Source: Pelomyxa schiedti | Taxonomy: Eukaryota; Protista; Evosea | Assembly: GCA_020536535.1 (NCBI GenBank) | Contig: JAHLWZ010000952.1 | Coordinates: forward strand, 1 to 38,943 | Reading direction: 5' to 3' | Length of the DNA: 38,943 nt | In this document: positions 1 through 12,218 of the stretch, piece by piece | How positions within the stretch are numbered: position 1 is the first letter of the stretch | Layout of the letters: each line of letters opens with the position of its first letter | Position numbers and translations under genes: made by a program | The notes under the pieces: model-generated | The model's input: only the letters and a program-made list of their open reading frames with translations | Told to the model about the DNA's origin: nothing | Databases searched by the model: none

Positions 1-2417
1 AGTTGAGATTGATCAGAATCTCCACTCTCGCTGCACAGCATGGTTTCACACGCTCAACATCAAATCGGGCAACTTCAGACTCACACAGACCAAACAAAAT
101 CAGTCCCAACAAACAGGTATTACAATTATTCCAACAGCAAAAAAGGATGGAACCAACAAAGTGGCAAGGAAATCGAGTGGTTTGGAGATCAGAGCAGGGA
201 ACTGGCGCTCATTTTTCTTTTGTTTGATTTAGGTCACAGAAAAAATTGGGGAAACCGATTTTTCTGCTTCTGAAAAGCTAGAATGGCTTTCCGATTCGCC
301 ACAGCTCTGAAGGAATAAATGCAGATGTCAAGCAACGTTTCTTGTCCTAGAGCTGGGGAAGCCACAGAATTGACATGTTGTTTATCATTCCCTCTATTGG
401 AGCACATTGGGTGTTACTGAGACCCTCAGTGCTCTCGGGCTGCTTTGCACAGCAGTCCAAGTCCAGATCCTGAGGCCTTGCCAAGGTTCCACCACACTAA
501 CATTAGCCTCGCCGGAGTTGCAAATGTTAAATGTTTCCCTTTAAAAAGAAAAGGCCACTTAAACATAAATCACAAAAAAAAAACAAACCCAACCAAAATC
601 GCACACGACAACTACAACTAGAGATCTACCACGAAAAATAGCAAAGCCAAACCAACCTTAACAGCGTGTGTTGTTCTTCCCTGTTTGTGTTTTGCAGTTT
701 TTGTCACGCATACCACACAAAATTTAAGACACAATACTAAAGCCTAACATAACCGTAAATACACCACTCGCTTTTATGAGGGAATCGACTTGGGAAAGCA
801 AAGCACGGCGGAAGCCAAGGTATGGCATATCCACTTTTATTTGACTTGGGTATCACTAACTGCTTTTCTACTGCAGGGGAACTATGCAGCTGTTAACTCG
901 CTAAAGAACGTATGATAGTGTCCTTAAGGGGGTTCTGTTATTCTCCTAACTTTACATTATTCCTTGGTTCCTGAGCCTGGGTGATGGTGACGTAACATCT
1001 ACTGTGGCTTGGTAGATATCCTCCCCAGGATCCCTCTCACAGCTCTTGAGGGATATAACACACTCCCGCCTCATCTTACATGCTTGGTGGTATGCTCTCC
1101 CAGGCACTTGCGTTCAATCGGGATGATATTCCCATTGGGGCCTTCCCTGCATGATGCACCATCGTCGGCATCAAGCCTTGTGTTCCCTGACGCCAGACAT
1201 CTGGTGCAGTAGTTCTCCTCCTACTGCCATGTGTTTTGTGCCTCATCCCTTCTCCTCCACCTCTTTCCCAGTGGGGCCTGGTCCAGTCGGTCTTTGTACT
1301 CCACCCTTTCACCCTTTCCCTTCCACTTAAGCAGGTACAATCTTTTCCACCCTACTCACATGTGCGCGGTATGTCCTTGGTACTCAGTTGTGCTGACTGC
1401 TAGCATGGGGCTCTTCCCCATTGTTTCTGTGGTTCTGGTTGTTGTAACTACATGCTCAGAATTGCAATCCCACAAGTAACAGTATGTAACCTGACGTATT
1501 CTTTCCTGTCATTTTAGGTTGCCTCGTTACTGTATCAGTGCGATGCCAGCAGTCAATTGCCACTGTTCACAGACTCAGCCGGCGAACGTAACCCCATAGA
1601 GGCCCAGTGTTGGTCGCGCTATCGCCTCGTGCAGGGCCCTTGTGCCCGTCGGTGAGACATCTGACCCTTAACATTGCCTCACAGTTGAAGTGGTATCTGT
1701 GTTACCGGTTATGTGGTACAGATTGCGGTGAGTATACGAGGTGACTCAAAACCTGAGCTGGTGCCCAAGTTGAATGAAAACTAAGCTACGACGAAGCTAC
1801 ATTGATGAACTACGAGGATAATATCCAATGGGGAGTGCACTTCTAGACCCCCCCCTCACCTTCGAAAAATTCGAAGTTTTAGAATGGAAAGAAAGTAGCG
1901 GGTTAGGTTACACTTTAGGGATCAGAGTTGATCAAACCGCGAAAAAAGCTGAGGCTGTCTTGGTTTGCAGGATTCCGGCAATGTGTCTTATTGTGCTCAT
2001 GAGGATGACAAATACACACCGACCCCTTTGGATGCAGCACTGCCTGACTTAGCCCCGAATAGAAAACCTACCAACACCAACCCTCTTGAACGGATTTTTT
2101 TCAAAGGGAGCAGATTTCTGAGAACCTCCAATCTCTGGAGGGTCAGCGCTTAGGGTGCATCCCAAGAGTAGGTTAGTTGTTTGAGACTGTGAGGGTACCC
2201 ATTGGATATGATGGGTAATCTTCTGGAGGGTTGCCAACGACGATAACAGTTGGCAATTTAGCTGCTGTTCAGTTCTGTCCTTTTGAACTGGCCTTGTTGG
2301 TTGGAGCCAGGTAAGAGATGTAGTCCTAGTTGGGGTAGCACTGAGGAGAAAAGTAAGGAAACCAACTTGGCACCGATTCGGCTCTGCAATCAAAATCGCA
2401 AAAGCGAGCCCCAAGGG

Positions 2418-3636
2418 ATGAACGCCGTTTCCGGAGTTGCCTCGCTTCACGTGCCAGAGTGCATGACGTCACCTGGTGGTCCCCCTTGTGCAATGGGCAT
2501 CGACGAAGCGGGGCGTGGTCCGGTTCTGGGTCAGCAGTTCTTTCATTGTTACTACTCTCACTTCTCCTCCTTATTACGGGGAAAAAGGGCCAATGGTGTA
2601 TGGGTCGTGCTTGTGCGCTCCTGAAATGTTACCAAAATTGAAGGCTTGCGGTGTAGCAGGTAGAATTCTACTATTAGAATTAATTACATGTTATTGAGAA
2701 TATGCAGACTCAAAGAAACTCTCTGCGGAAAAGCGCCAGGAAATATTCAATAGAATGCGGTCTACGGGATATATTGGGTGGATTCTTACTGTCATTTCCC
2801 CCGAGGAATTGTCAGCCAAGATGCTACAACAGTAGCCAGTTTGATCTCTTTTCGCAGCCTTGAGCCTCGATTGGATGTCGATCCTGACTGACATTTTTTG
2901 CAGATCCAGAATAAGTCTGAACACCATTTCTCACGAAACAGCCATTGATCTAGTGAGACAGGCACTTGCTAAAGGAGTCAATGTCACTGAAGTATTCTCT
3001 TTTTTCGTTCTTTCCGTCACCAAAACCTTTTGTACAGCTTTATGTTGATACTGTTGGAGATCCTCGCTGGTACCAAAATCATCTGAAGCATCATTTCCCA
3101 AACATAAATGTCCGAGTCGAAGTAAAAGCGGACTCTACTTTCCCTGTAGTTTCAGCTGCATCTATTTTTGCCAAAGTTGTGCGAGATACGTGTATGACAA
3201 CCTGGAGATTCAAAGAGCCAGGCTACGAAGGAAACTACCACCTTGGTTCCGGATATCCTGCTGGTATGCACTTCACTTATCCAAAGAGGAATCAAACAAC
3301 TCAAACTAACCAGAAAAAAGATCCAGACACGAAGAGATGGATGGAAGAAAATGTGAATACTGTATTTGGATATCCGTCAATTGTCCGCTTCAGTTGGAAG
3401 ACTTGTGCCACTCTGTTGGCAGACAGAGCTGCCGAAGTTTCCTGGTACAATCCCGCTCACAATCACAAACACAATCTAAATCCAACAAAAGGACGAACCC
3501 GGCAGAAGCCCCACTACCCAGTGACCTGTCCCAGACCACTCTGATGTGTTCATCCAGCCACAAAAACGAGCATGCCCCGCGGTACCGCTTCTTCTCCGAG
3601 AATCACCTGAACCACGCGAGGCCTGGTCTGCTCTGA
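2418..3636 (+). CDS. RNASEH2A: Ribonuclease H2 catalytic subunit A (multi-exon)
   Basis: Spliced translation gives the RNase HII motifs GIDEAGRGPVLGPMVY, DSKKLS, SLNTISHETA, YVDTVG, KADSTFPVVSAASIFAKVVRD, GSGYPAD and FGYPSIVRFSW. GT-AG introns (e.g. 2530-2587) restore the frame. Confidence 0.95.
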
Positions 3637-3894
3637 GTCCTACGATACCCCCATGGCCACCATTCTCACCGCTCTCGGAGTGTAATCCTGAGAAGATCAG
3701 ATCTCAGCCTTTCGCGAACTCGAAAAAAAATCACAAAAGTCGCACCTCAGGAGTTTTTGCTGCAAAACGCCAAGAAGAAAAAAGATAAGCCAATTAAACA
3801 AATCAAAAGGGAAAAAAAACCAGACGCAACGAGAGGAGCCGAGTTGGCCTAGTCTCCTGTTTTTATTACTTTTTGGTTGTTTATTGGGAGTGAA

Positions 3895-5020
3895 ATGGCA
3901 GCCACTGGCGGGAGAAGGGTTTTGAAAATCGTAATTTTGGGCGACGGTGGGTGAGTGGACAAATCATAACACAAAAAAGAACACCAAAATCAAATCTCCA
4001 AAAAACACGAAGAGTTCCAGCAGGGACACAACAAAAAAAAGAAGTCTCCAGAATACTAACACATGACACAAGTGGTTTGTTCTAAGTTAGTTTTTTCCCT
4101 CTATACAGAGTGGGGAAGACATCCTTGACGCAGCGGTATGTTCTGAACCAGTTCTCTGAGAAGTACAAAGCAACTATTGGTACTTAAAGAATTAGTTTCA
4201 AAATTTCCCCTCAACTGTACAAAGGTGCTGATTTTTTCTCTCGGGATCTTGACATTGGTACCACCCCTTTGACTCTTCAAATTTGGTTTGAGTTCCACTA
4301 CTGACAAATTCAATTTCTAACTTGTGTTTTTTTTCAGGGATACAGCAGGACAAGAAAGGTCCCGCTTCAACATTGTTTTTCCGAATTGTTGATTTTGTAC
4401 GAATAGGTTTCGCAGTCTGGGTTCTGCATATTACCGAGGATCAGAGTGCTGTGTGCTAGTCTTCGCGCTCAACATCCTCAAGTCATTTGAAAATCTGGAG
4501 ACTTGGTACACGGAGTTTGTCAATATCAGTGCACAGACAAATCCTACTGCATTCCCCTTCGTTTTGGTCGGAAATAAGTCCGATCTAGCCACCGAGAGAG
4601 CTGTATGAACCAACTTTCAGATTTTGGTTAAAAAGTATTCATTTTATCTCAATAGGTACCACAAAGTACTATAGATACTTGGCGTCGGGCAAAAGGGGGA
4701 ATTCCATACTTTGAAACAAGTGCAAAAAATGCTGATAATGTAATCAAAATTTTCGAAGCAGTAGCAAGAAGCGCAGTTGTAATGCCACCAGAGGAGGCAG
4801 AGGACAAGTGAGCACACAACATCTCTAGCTCCTCATCTTACCAAAAAAAAAGGTTTGACACTGCCCCTGTGGTCCTACAAACAAACAACCCAACGCCGCA
4901 GTATGAATGCTGTCTATCAGGTCAAATATTTCCGTTCTTCAACGCCTTTTTAACACCATCACAGGGATTACAGGTGGAATTTCCAAAGAACTAACGGCGT
5001 GGAAGAATATGCTTCCTTAA
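3895..5020 (+). CDS. Rab7-like small GTPase (multi-exon; 3' end uncertain, stop at 4994 or 5020)
   Basis: G1 KIVILGDGGVGKTS; Rab7-type effector region YKATIGADF; G3 WDTAGQERF (largely on a 21-nt micro-exon at 4338-4358); G4 GNKSD; G5 ETSAK. Confidence 0.9.
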
Positions 5021-5284
5021 TCACCTTCATACAAACCCACACCCACTTTATGTAACAATTAACCTTCACCGCACTTATGCAAGGAAAAGCCAAAGCTAAA
5101 TTTCCAGTTTATTCCTTGAGCATAAAGACAAATACCACCCAAAGGAGGGGTGAATTGAAAATTCAATTTTTTGTTATTTATACACGACTGTAACCCACTC
5201 ACTTTAGGGTGAGTTCAAGACATTAGTCGGTGCTTGTGTGTTTGTGTGGGTCATCAATTCAGTCATTCACTGTGATTGAGAATT

Positions 5285-8200
5285 CTAGCCAGAGTAAGGA
5301 GTCAGGTCGAGGGTGAAACTGAGTGAGCTTTGAGTCTCTTGGTCCTTAGCAACACCGAGAAGGGCATCCGCTCGGTCAAAAAATGCAGGCTGCAAGGCGT
5401 GAGTACAAACGGGAATTTTCGCGTGGAGAACTTTACCTTGAGGGAAATGACTATGCACTGGAACTCCCTGGATTTGTCCTTCAGGAACCTAGCGAGCTGT
5501 GACACGTTACTTGGATCGAGAGCAGCGTCAATCTCGTCAAGGAGGAAGAATGGTGCAGGTTGGAACCTTACTGGGGTAAGCAAATGTTCACAAGGTATTC
5601 CGAGGCACTACTTGTGAATGGCAAAAAGAAGTGCCAGTGCGGCCATTGTCTTCTCCCCTCCAGAAAGCTGCTCCAGATCATGGAAACGCTTTCTTGGGGG
5701 CATTGGATTGTAAGTAATACCTCCGAGATAGGGTTCATTCAAGTTTTCCAAGCTAACAGAGAAAATGTGTTGGACTTACAGTGATTCGGAATGGAAATCC
5801 AACCTGAGGAATGCGTTACCACCTTCCCGATTTTCAGCACTTGTAGTAAGTTGCTTGTAGATAGTTTCTATTGAATCTGAAACAGACTGAAATGCCTTCT
5901 TAAAAAGAGTTGTTCTACGTTGTTGTCAGTAGCCGTTACAGGCAGTGTATTTTTACCGTCGTTCTTGTACTTCCAAGAAATGGGTTGCTGCATCTTTTGA
6001 CTGTTGCACAGAGTGCTCCCAACCGTCATGTGCAGCTTTTAGTCGATCAGTAACACCATCCAAGTGTTCTATGGCTGAAACGGAACGTGAGGATTCTTCA
6101 GTGATATTGTGCGAGTTACCTTTCATGTTGGGGGCAAGGCGGCTTATTTCTGCTTCAACTTTTGTCAGTCGTTCCTCCAGAGTATGCTTGAGTGCCTCAT
6201 ATTGCTCGGCCCTATGTACCTGTCGAAATTGTGGGATCGGTGAGAGTTTCCTCTGTCTGTCAAGTCATACTTCATACTCGTCCGTTTCAATGGACGAAAA
6301 ATCGAACTCTATTTCATCTTCCCTTCTGTACAGTTCCTCTTTTGCTTCCGCTTGTGCTGCCTCTTTTCCTGATGTGTCCGCAACGCTTTGAGTTTCGTCA
6401 TTGTACTGAATGAAACTGAGAAAAACAAAAACGAGAAGCAGAATACAGACTGTTCCTATGTCTCCCTCGCCTATTGTTGGTAAAGTAATCTGCGTTACAC
6501 GACTGCGCTGAATTGTGTCGTGTCTCAAGGAACACAGTTTGTCAACACGAGTTTCCTGTTGGTTTAAGAGGAGGAAAAGCACTCTTAAAGTATGGAAAAA
6601 GGCAAGTGTTGTACTATATCACTGAGACTTTTCTCTGCCCGTCTTATATTGGCAGTTTCTTCGTCTACTTGCTTCTGGATTTGTCGTATTTCAATGTCCT
6701 TCTCATCAACCATGGCCTTTTGCACTGTTGTGATGAAAGTGGGTTTAGACTCATAAGGGGTAGCAACATTTGGGGGAATACCCTTTGATTTCTTCCTAAG
6801 AACGTCCACTTTTCTGCTGATGTTGTCTACTTCCACCTTAGATTTCTTTTCCTTTTCTTGGTGCTGCACAAGTTTTGCCTCTAGGTTTGCAATTGTCTCG
6901 CGGAATTTTTTTACTGCCCCGCGGATGTCTCTGTGCTGAGCAAAATCACGTCTGGTGAGAGTGTTGGTTGTAGTGTGTGTCCAGAGTCAGTTCCATTGCA
7001 GTTTTTAGAGTGCAACAAATTAACTGGTTGGTGAGTTTCGAGATTTGAGTGCTGCACTCAACAAGTTTATCGTTCAGTTCCGAGAGCCTCTTTTCCCTGT
7101 TTTCCTCATAATGGTGGATATCAGGTACGCCAACCTCCCGTCCAAAATCACTTTTTTTTTTGTGGAAATAATCATTTGGTGAGAACAAAGAATATCTCCT
7201 TTTCATACTCACGCAAATTGTTTCTCTGCAACTGTTGCAATTTCTTTTTCGTATTCCTTGATTTTAAGTGCTCTCTCTGCCATCTCCCGCTTAAGCTATG
7301 TGTAGCACTCAGACGTAAGTAGACACACGAGAGAAGAATCAAAAACCTCCTCTACAGCCGGAACGAGGGTCCTCTTGCCTTTATCTAATTCTTCAATCTG
7401 CACATTCAAGTGTTTGATTTTGTTTTCGGTGTCTTCCTGTTATAAGAAGTCAAACGTGACGAGGAGCGTGCAGACGTGCGCCACACCAAATCCTTTCTGG
7501 AATACATCAACTTTTCCTTCAAGCCACTCAACTGGACTTCATCTTGGGCAATGTCTCCCTCTTTCCTGAGTTTCCGTGTCAGGTCATCCATATCCTTAGT
7601 GTATTTTTCCTTTTGCTTTTTCAATGCTGGTTTGCAGTCAACCACGAGTAGAAAAATTGAGATGCAACAAACCATTTACTTCTTTTTCATCCCACCTGGC
7701 TGCTCTCCCCTCTACACCACTGAGACCTCCAGTCATCAAGCCAGATTTCTCGATTAAGGTGCCGTCAATAGTCACAGCTACAAAAGGTGAGCTAATTTGG
7801 AGGTCAAAAGATATAAGCGAGGTCAACCTCGGTATCGCTCCTTTCCAGAAAAACAAATTCTCCTTGCTTCTTCCACAGATTCAGTGACTAGAGTGTTTCC
7901 CAGAACAAACTGCAACGCTCTCTGTATCTCTGGATCAAACCTAAATAGAGTGAGGACATAAATAAATAACAGGGTCTCACTACTTTATTATGTCGATTGC
8001 CAGTTTCACATTTGGAGAAATGGAGCGCAGTTTTTCATTGATAGGCTTTGGAGTAATGGAGTCCAAAGGAAGAAATGTTGCCTGGCCAATTCTCCGTGCT
8101 TTCAGATACTAAAATTTGTCTCAGTGTGATGTGAAAAAGGGTTTTTTGGATGTGATGTGCTCTTTTTCGCGGACCTGTATGCACTCGCGGGCCACGTCTT

Positions 8201-11200
8201 GCTTGTCAACAATAATGGCGTCCATATACCTGCCCATTGCAACTGTTTCAAAGATTAAATTACTTCATACAGTTCGTGCTCATGAGAACCTGTCATAGCA
8301 GCATTGTACTTCCGTTTGATTGGAGAGCAGAGGTCAACGACCTGCCCCTTCACTGTAGGGAATAGGTCTTTCAGGTTTTTTAGAATTGCACCCATCTATG
8401 GAAGAAGTTCGTATCAAGTATTAAACAACAGCAGAGTAGGAACGCACACGCTGTGATCTCTCATGCTCGTGTTTATCCTGGCGCAGAGAGTTGAGACTTT
8501 CCTGAACTTTTTCTGTCAATCGAGTTAAGTGTTCCATACGCTCGCTGTGAGGTGTGGTTAAAAAGAATAAAGAAAGGCTTGACATACGTATCTTGCTGTC
8601 GTTGCTCCTTTGTTGTGGCCATTGATTGAGCCATAGTGTCAAGTTGTGAGGCTGTATCTTCTGAAATTGTGCGCACCTGTCATCAATAAGTTTAACACTT
8701 GAAGTAAAGGGAATTGTTGATACTTTCTCTCGCCACGCCATCAAGTTATCTCTGTTCTCAGCAAGTGGATTAATTTGGCTTTGTATGTCCTCAATTTTTA
8801 GCTGTTTTTTGTGTTGTGAACCAAGGGGTAATAAGTGGAAGTAAAGTACATTAATAGCTTTCACAGATTCTGCGTCCTGTCTCTGGAGATGATTTTCTCT
8901 CTCAAGTTTCGACTGCCACTCTGCTGTTTTCTTCTTTACTTGTTCTTGCCTGTAGTAGTAAGAAGAAGGGATGGAGCGGGAACAAAACACGCACAAGGCA
9001 ATATATCGCCTTCGATTTTCTGGGGAAAGTTTTACACTGTTTTTCACTTCTGTGGAGTATTGGCGTTCATATTCCTGACAATGTATTTGTTGCAATAGGA
9101 AATACTTGTGAGGATTACTTGTTTTGCTTGAGTGATTTGTTCCAAATGCGAAGATATCAATTTAATTTCTTTTTCTTGCTCCACTAGTTCATGCTCCGCC
9201 TAATTGATACGTTATTACTATTTCCTTTCAAAATGGTTGCATACTTTCAGAAGCCCATTTTTATTTTCCTTCAAGCTTGAGGTTGCACGAGTAATGGCTG
9301 TTTGTGAAGTAATTATTTCTGGTCTTAGATTGTCAGCTTGAACAAGAAGAGTCTTAATCTCAGACTCAATTTTGCGATGTTCTTTCACTTTATCTGCCTT
9401 GTTTTGTGTTAACCAATGCGAGAAGATATGGAGGAAAAACCTGCTCTTTTTTTTTTTGTGTAAGTTCCTTCTCACTCAACCTCACGCGAGAATTTAGCTC
9501 CTCCAACTTACTGTCCAAATCGGTCTTCTCTGGTGACAGTCTTTTAAGTTCCTTTGCTGAGCAAATTAAATCATCACTGAATGGAGTGGTTGGTATAACT
9601 TACCAATGTGGCGAAGTTGGCACAGCATCAGATTTTTTTGGAGTAAACCCTATAAGAGGTAGGTTTAGTTGCTTCCCCTTAAGAAAGGAGTCATACTTGC
9701 TGGGTTTTCAGTTCTTGAAAGTGTTCTGCCTCTTGCTTCATTTTTTTGTAATCCTTCTTCTCTGCGTTAAGGCCCTTCATTTTGTGGAAATTGAATATCT
9801 GTATTGAGGGAAAGAGAAAACTTAGAAACAAAAAAAGTTAACAATGGAAATCACCGTGGTATCTTCATTTTGCTCTTTTTGTTGCTTTGCTGTCTCATAC
9901 TCCTGAGCTAGTTCACCAGAACCTGAGATTAATTCAAACAACTGTGTGAGCTCTTTTCCTGATTTGGATGCTATCGATGCCACGTCACCCTGTCAGACTA
10001 GTTAAATAATCTCTGTGAAGAAGCAAATGGATGATACCTGGAAAACTAGAAAATTTCGTGCTTTAACAAGAATATTCAAGGATTTAAGTTGGTTTTGATA
10101 TTCCTTTTCACCCACAGATTTGTTTCCGATCTTGTAATCTGATGAACCAGAAGGGGTTATAGTCCTACTGAATGATATACTGTCCCCTGAGGCAGTCTTT
10201 TTTCCCCGCCCAATAATGCTCAAAACCACTTAAAAGTGCAGGTAATTTGTACTCACGATGAATGTTAGTTTCACACTGGCTTTTCCTCGTACTTTCTCCA
10301 CTCCTTGGTGGTATACTAGATCCTTTAAACGGGTGCCACGGAGATGAGATGCCTGAACTCCAAGTACAAAAGATATGGCATCCATAAGATTGGATTTTCC
10401 TATAGAAATTAAGGTGCATAAGGGAATAAGAATACACTGTACCACTCCCATTTGGTCCAATAATTGCGTGGAAGTCACGGAAAGGACCAATGCTATGATG
10501 TCCTCTGTAAGACTTGAAGTTGTCAATCTCAAGTGTATGAATCCTAGGCTTTCCCACAACACCAGCATCTTCCTCGTCAGGATTGTGGTCAGGTGCAAGC
10601 CCTTCCTCACAAGGCCTTGAATGTCCCAAAGCTGCACAAGATTGTAAAAAAAAAAGGAGTTCGAAATAAAAAAAAAAATAAAAAAAAAAAATTTGTGTGC
10701 AGCAGTAAGGATCTATAGGCACAAATAGAGCAATCACACACATTTCAACGGCGTTGCGGCCGGCTCCTTCCTCCTCCGTCGCGAAGATCGCGAAGCATGA
10801 CCGCCGGGGGCCGTTTTCGGCGCAAATCCAGTGTCGTCGCCCGCGTCCTTTTCCTTTGCCTTTGTCGTGGTGCTAGTCGTCGGCGTCGTGGTGGTGGTGG
10901 TTGTTGTGGTGGAAACAGCCGGCGATTTCGCCTCCTCCTCCTCGCCGCCGCCGCCGCTTGCCGTCGCCGCCTTCTTTTTGGTGGCCTTTTTGTGTGCCGC
11001 GGCGGGTTTAGGTTTCGGGGGCGCCGCTGCGCGAGACCCCGCCTCTTCGTCCGATGATGAGCTCGCCGAACCCCCTTCGCTCCCGCTCCTCCCTGCGCCG
11101 TCGCCTCCTTTTCCTTTGGGGGCAGGCGTTGTGGTAGGAGTAGTTGTTGTTGTGGTGGTTGTGGTCTTTGTTGTTGTGGATTTGTCGTGCTCGTCGTCCG

Positions 11201-11330
11201 AGGACGAGGGCGTGGCGGCAGGCAATTGCATCGGAATTGGAGTGAGTGGCGGTTGCAATTGGTCTCGGTCTCTTTCCCCTTCCCCCATCTGTTGGTCCTC
11301 GCCTTCTCCCTTCTCTTTATCCGCCATCAT
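5285..11330 (-). CDS. SMC1: Structural maintenance of chromosomes protein 1 (cohesin subunit), multi-exon
   Basis: N-lobe [30 protein letters not shown]; [12 protein letters not shown]; coiled coils; hinge [18 protein letters not shown]; C-lobe [30 protein letters not shown]. Ends TLDLTPYSG* at 5285. Confidence 0.93.
10860..11180 (-). repeat. Low-complexity trinucleotide tracts encoding poly-Thr/Ser/Gly/Glu in SMC1 exon 1
   Basis: Two Thr runs ([17 protein letters not shown] and [17 protein letters not shown]) and two acidic Ser patches (SSSDDE, SSSSDEE) in ORF 10734..11330. Confidence 0.8.
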
Positions 11331-12218
11331 CCACCGAGAAAAAAAAATGGTTCAAAAAAGGTTGTGCTTTCTAGTGATGCGTAGCAACTAGGAAGTGTCC
11401 CTTTGTGTACTTTCTTCCTTGCTCTGCAAGCTCGCAGTAAAGTGCTGATGCTCGTTTTGTGAGGGAATTTGCCCACTCCACAGGTTCTATTATTTCATCA
11501 CATTTGATCGTATTCTGCAAATTATCCTAATGATTATTTCCTGTCCAGAAAGAAGAACTACCAAAAAGAAGCAAAAAGGAACTGGGCCCCACCAAGTGAG
11601 GACCAGATTAAACCCTGTTTTGTTTGCCTTTTCCGAATCTGATGCTGATGCTGAGCTGAGGAGCCTGACGCGGACTGATCAGACGGACCAAGGCCGCCCC
11701 AGACACCACAAGAGAACCGCGGAAAGCACATGGGAACCCGGGCCCCATCACTCTCAACGCGCTCGATCTTGTTTGTCTGGGTGCCGCTGATCCTAGGCTT
11801 GATTCTACTTTTACCTCAAAAAATTCCCGTGGGGTAGGGATTATGGGTGATATCAACACACGATATCAAATCCATTCAACCTTCTTTCTCGTAAAATTAC
11901 AACGGTTGGCACCGCGAGATCACCTCTGGTACCTCTCAATTAAATCAGTGTTGCTAGGAATTGACAGTTCAAGGCAAATCATGAGTACTGTGTTTTCCTT
12001 GGAAACAAACGGGAGTGACAAGAAAACACACTCACAATATTGGTGGTAATTGTGGGATAGGCGCGAAGGTGGGGCTGCCTGGTGTTCAAATATTCTGGTG
12101 GTCTGCTGAGGTGCGTGTCACATTGTGACATGTGGCACGCCAAACACAGCTTCCCTGTGAGGAAAGGCCTGATTACTGTAACTGTCCAGATCCGGAGGGC
12201 AAACCAAAATCAGAAGAT

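Noticed and set aside
351-367. 15/17 match to 38711-38727 (agctggggaagccacag vs agttggggtagccacag)
   Set aside because: Matches of this length are expected by chance in 39 kb, and the flanks do not extend.
1-540. Short ORFs at the window start, possibly a gene end
   Set aside because: No recognisable motif and no consistent splice path on either strand.
10797-11391. Val/Ala-rich plus-strand ORFs that look like membrane proteins
   Set aside because: Antisense shadows of the Thr-rich SMC1 exon 1.
12116-12130. Short palindrome tgtcacattgtgaca between SMC1 and the kinase
   Set aside because: The arms are only 7 bp, it occurs once, and there is no supporting context.
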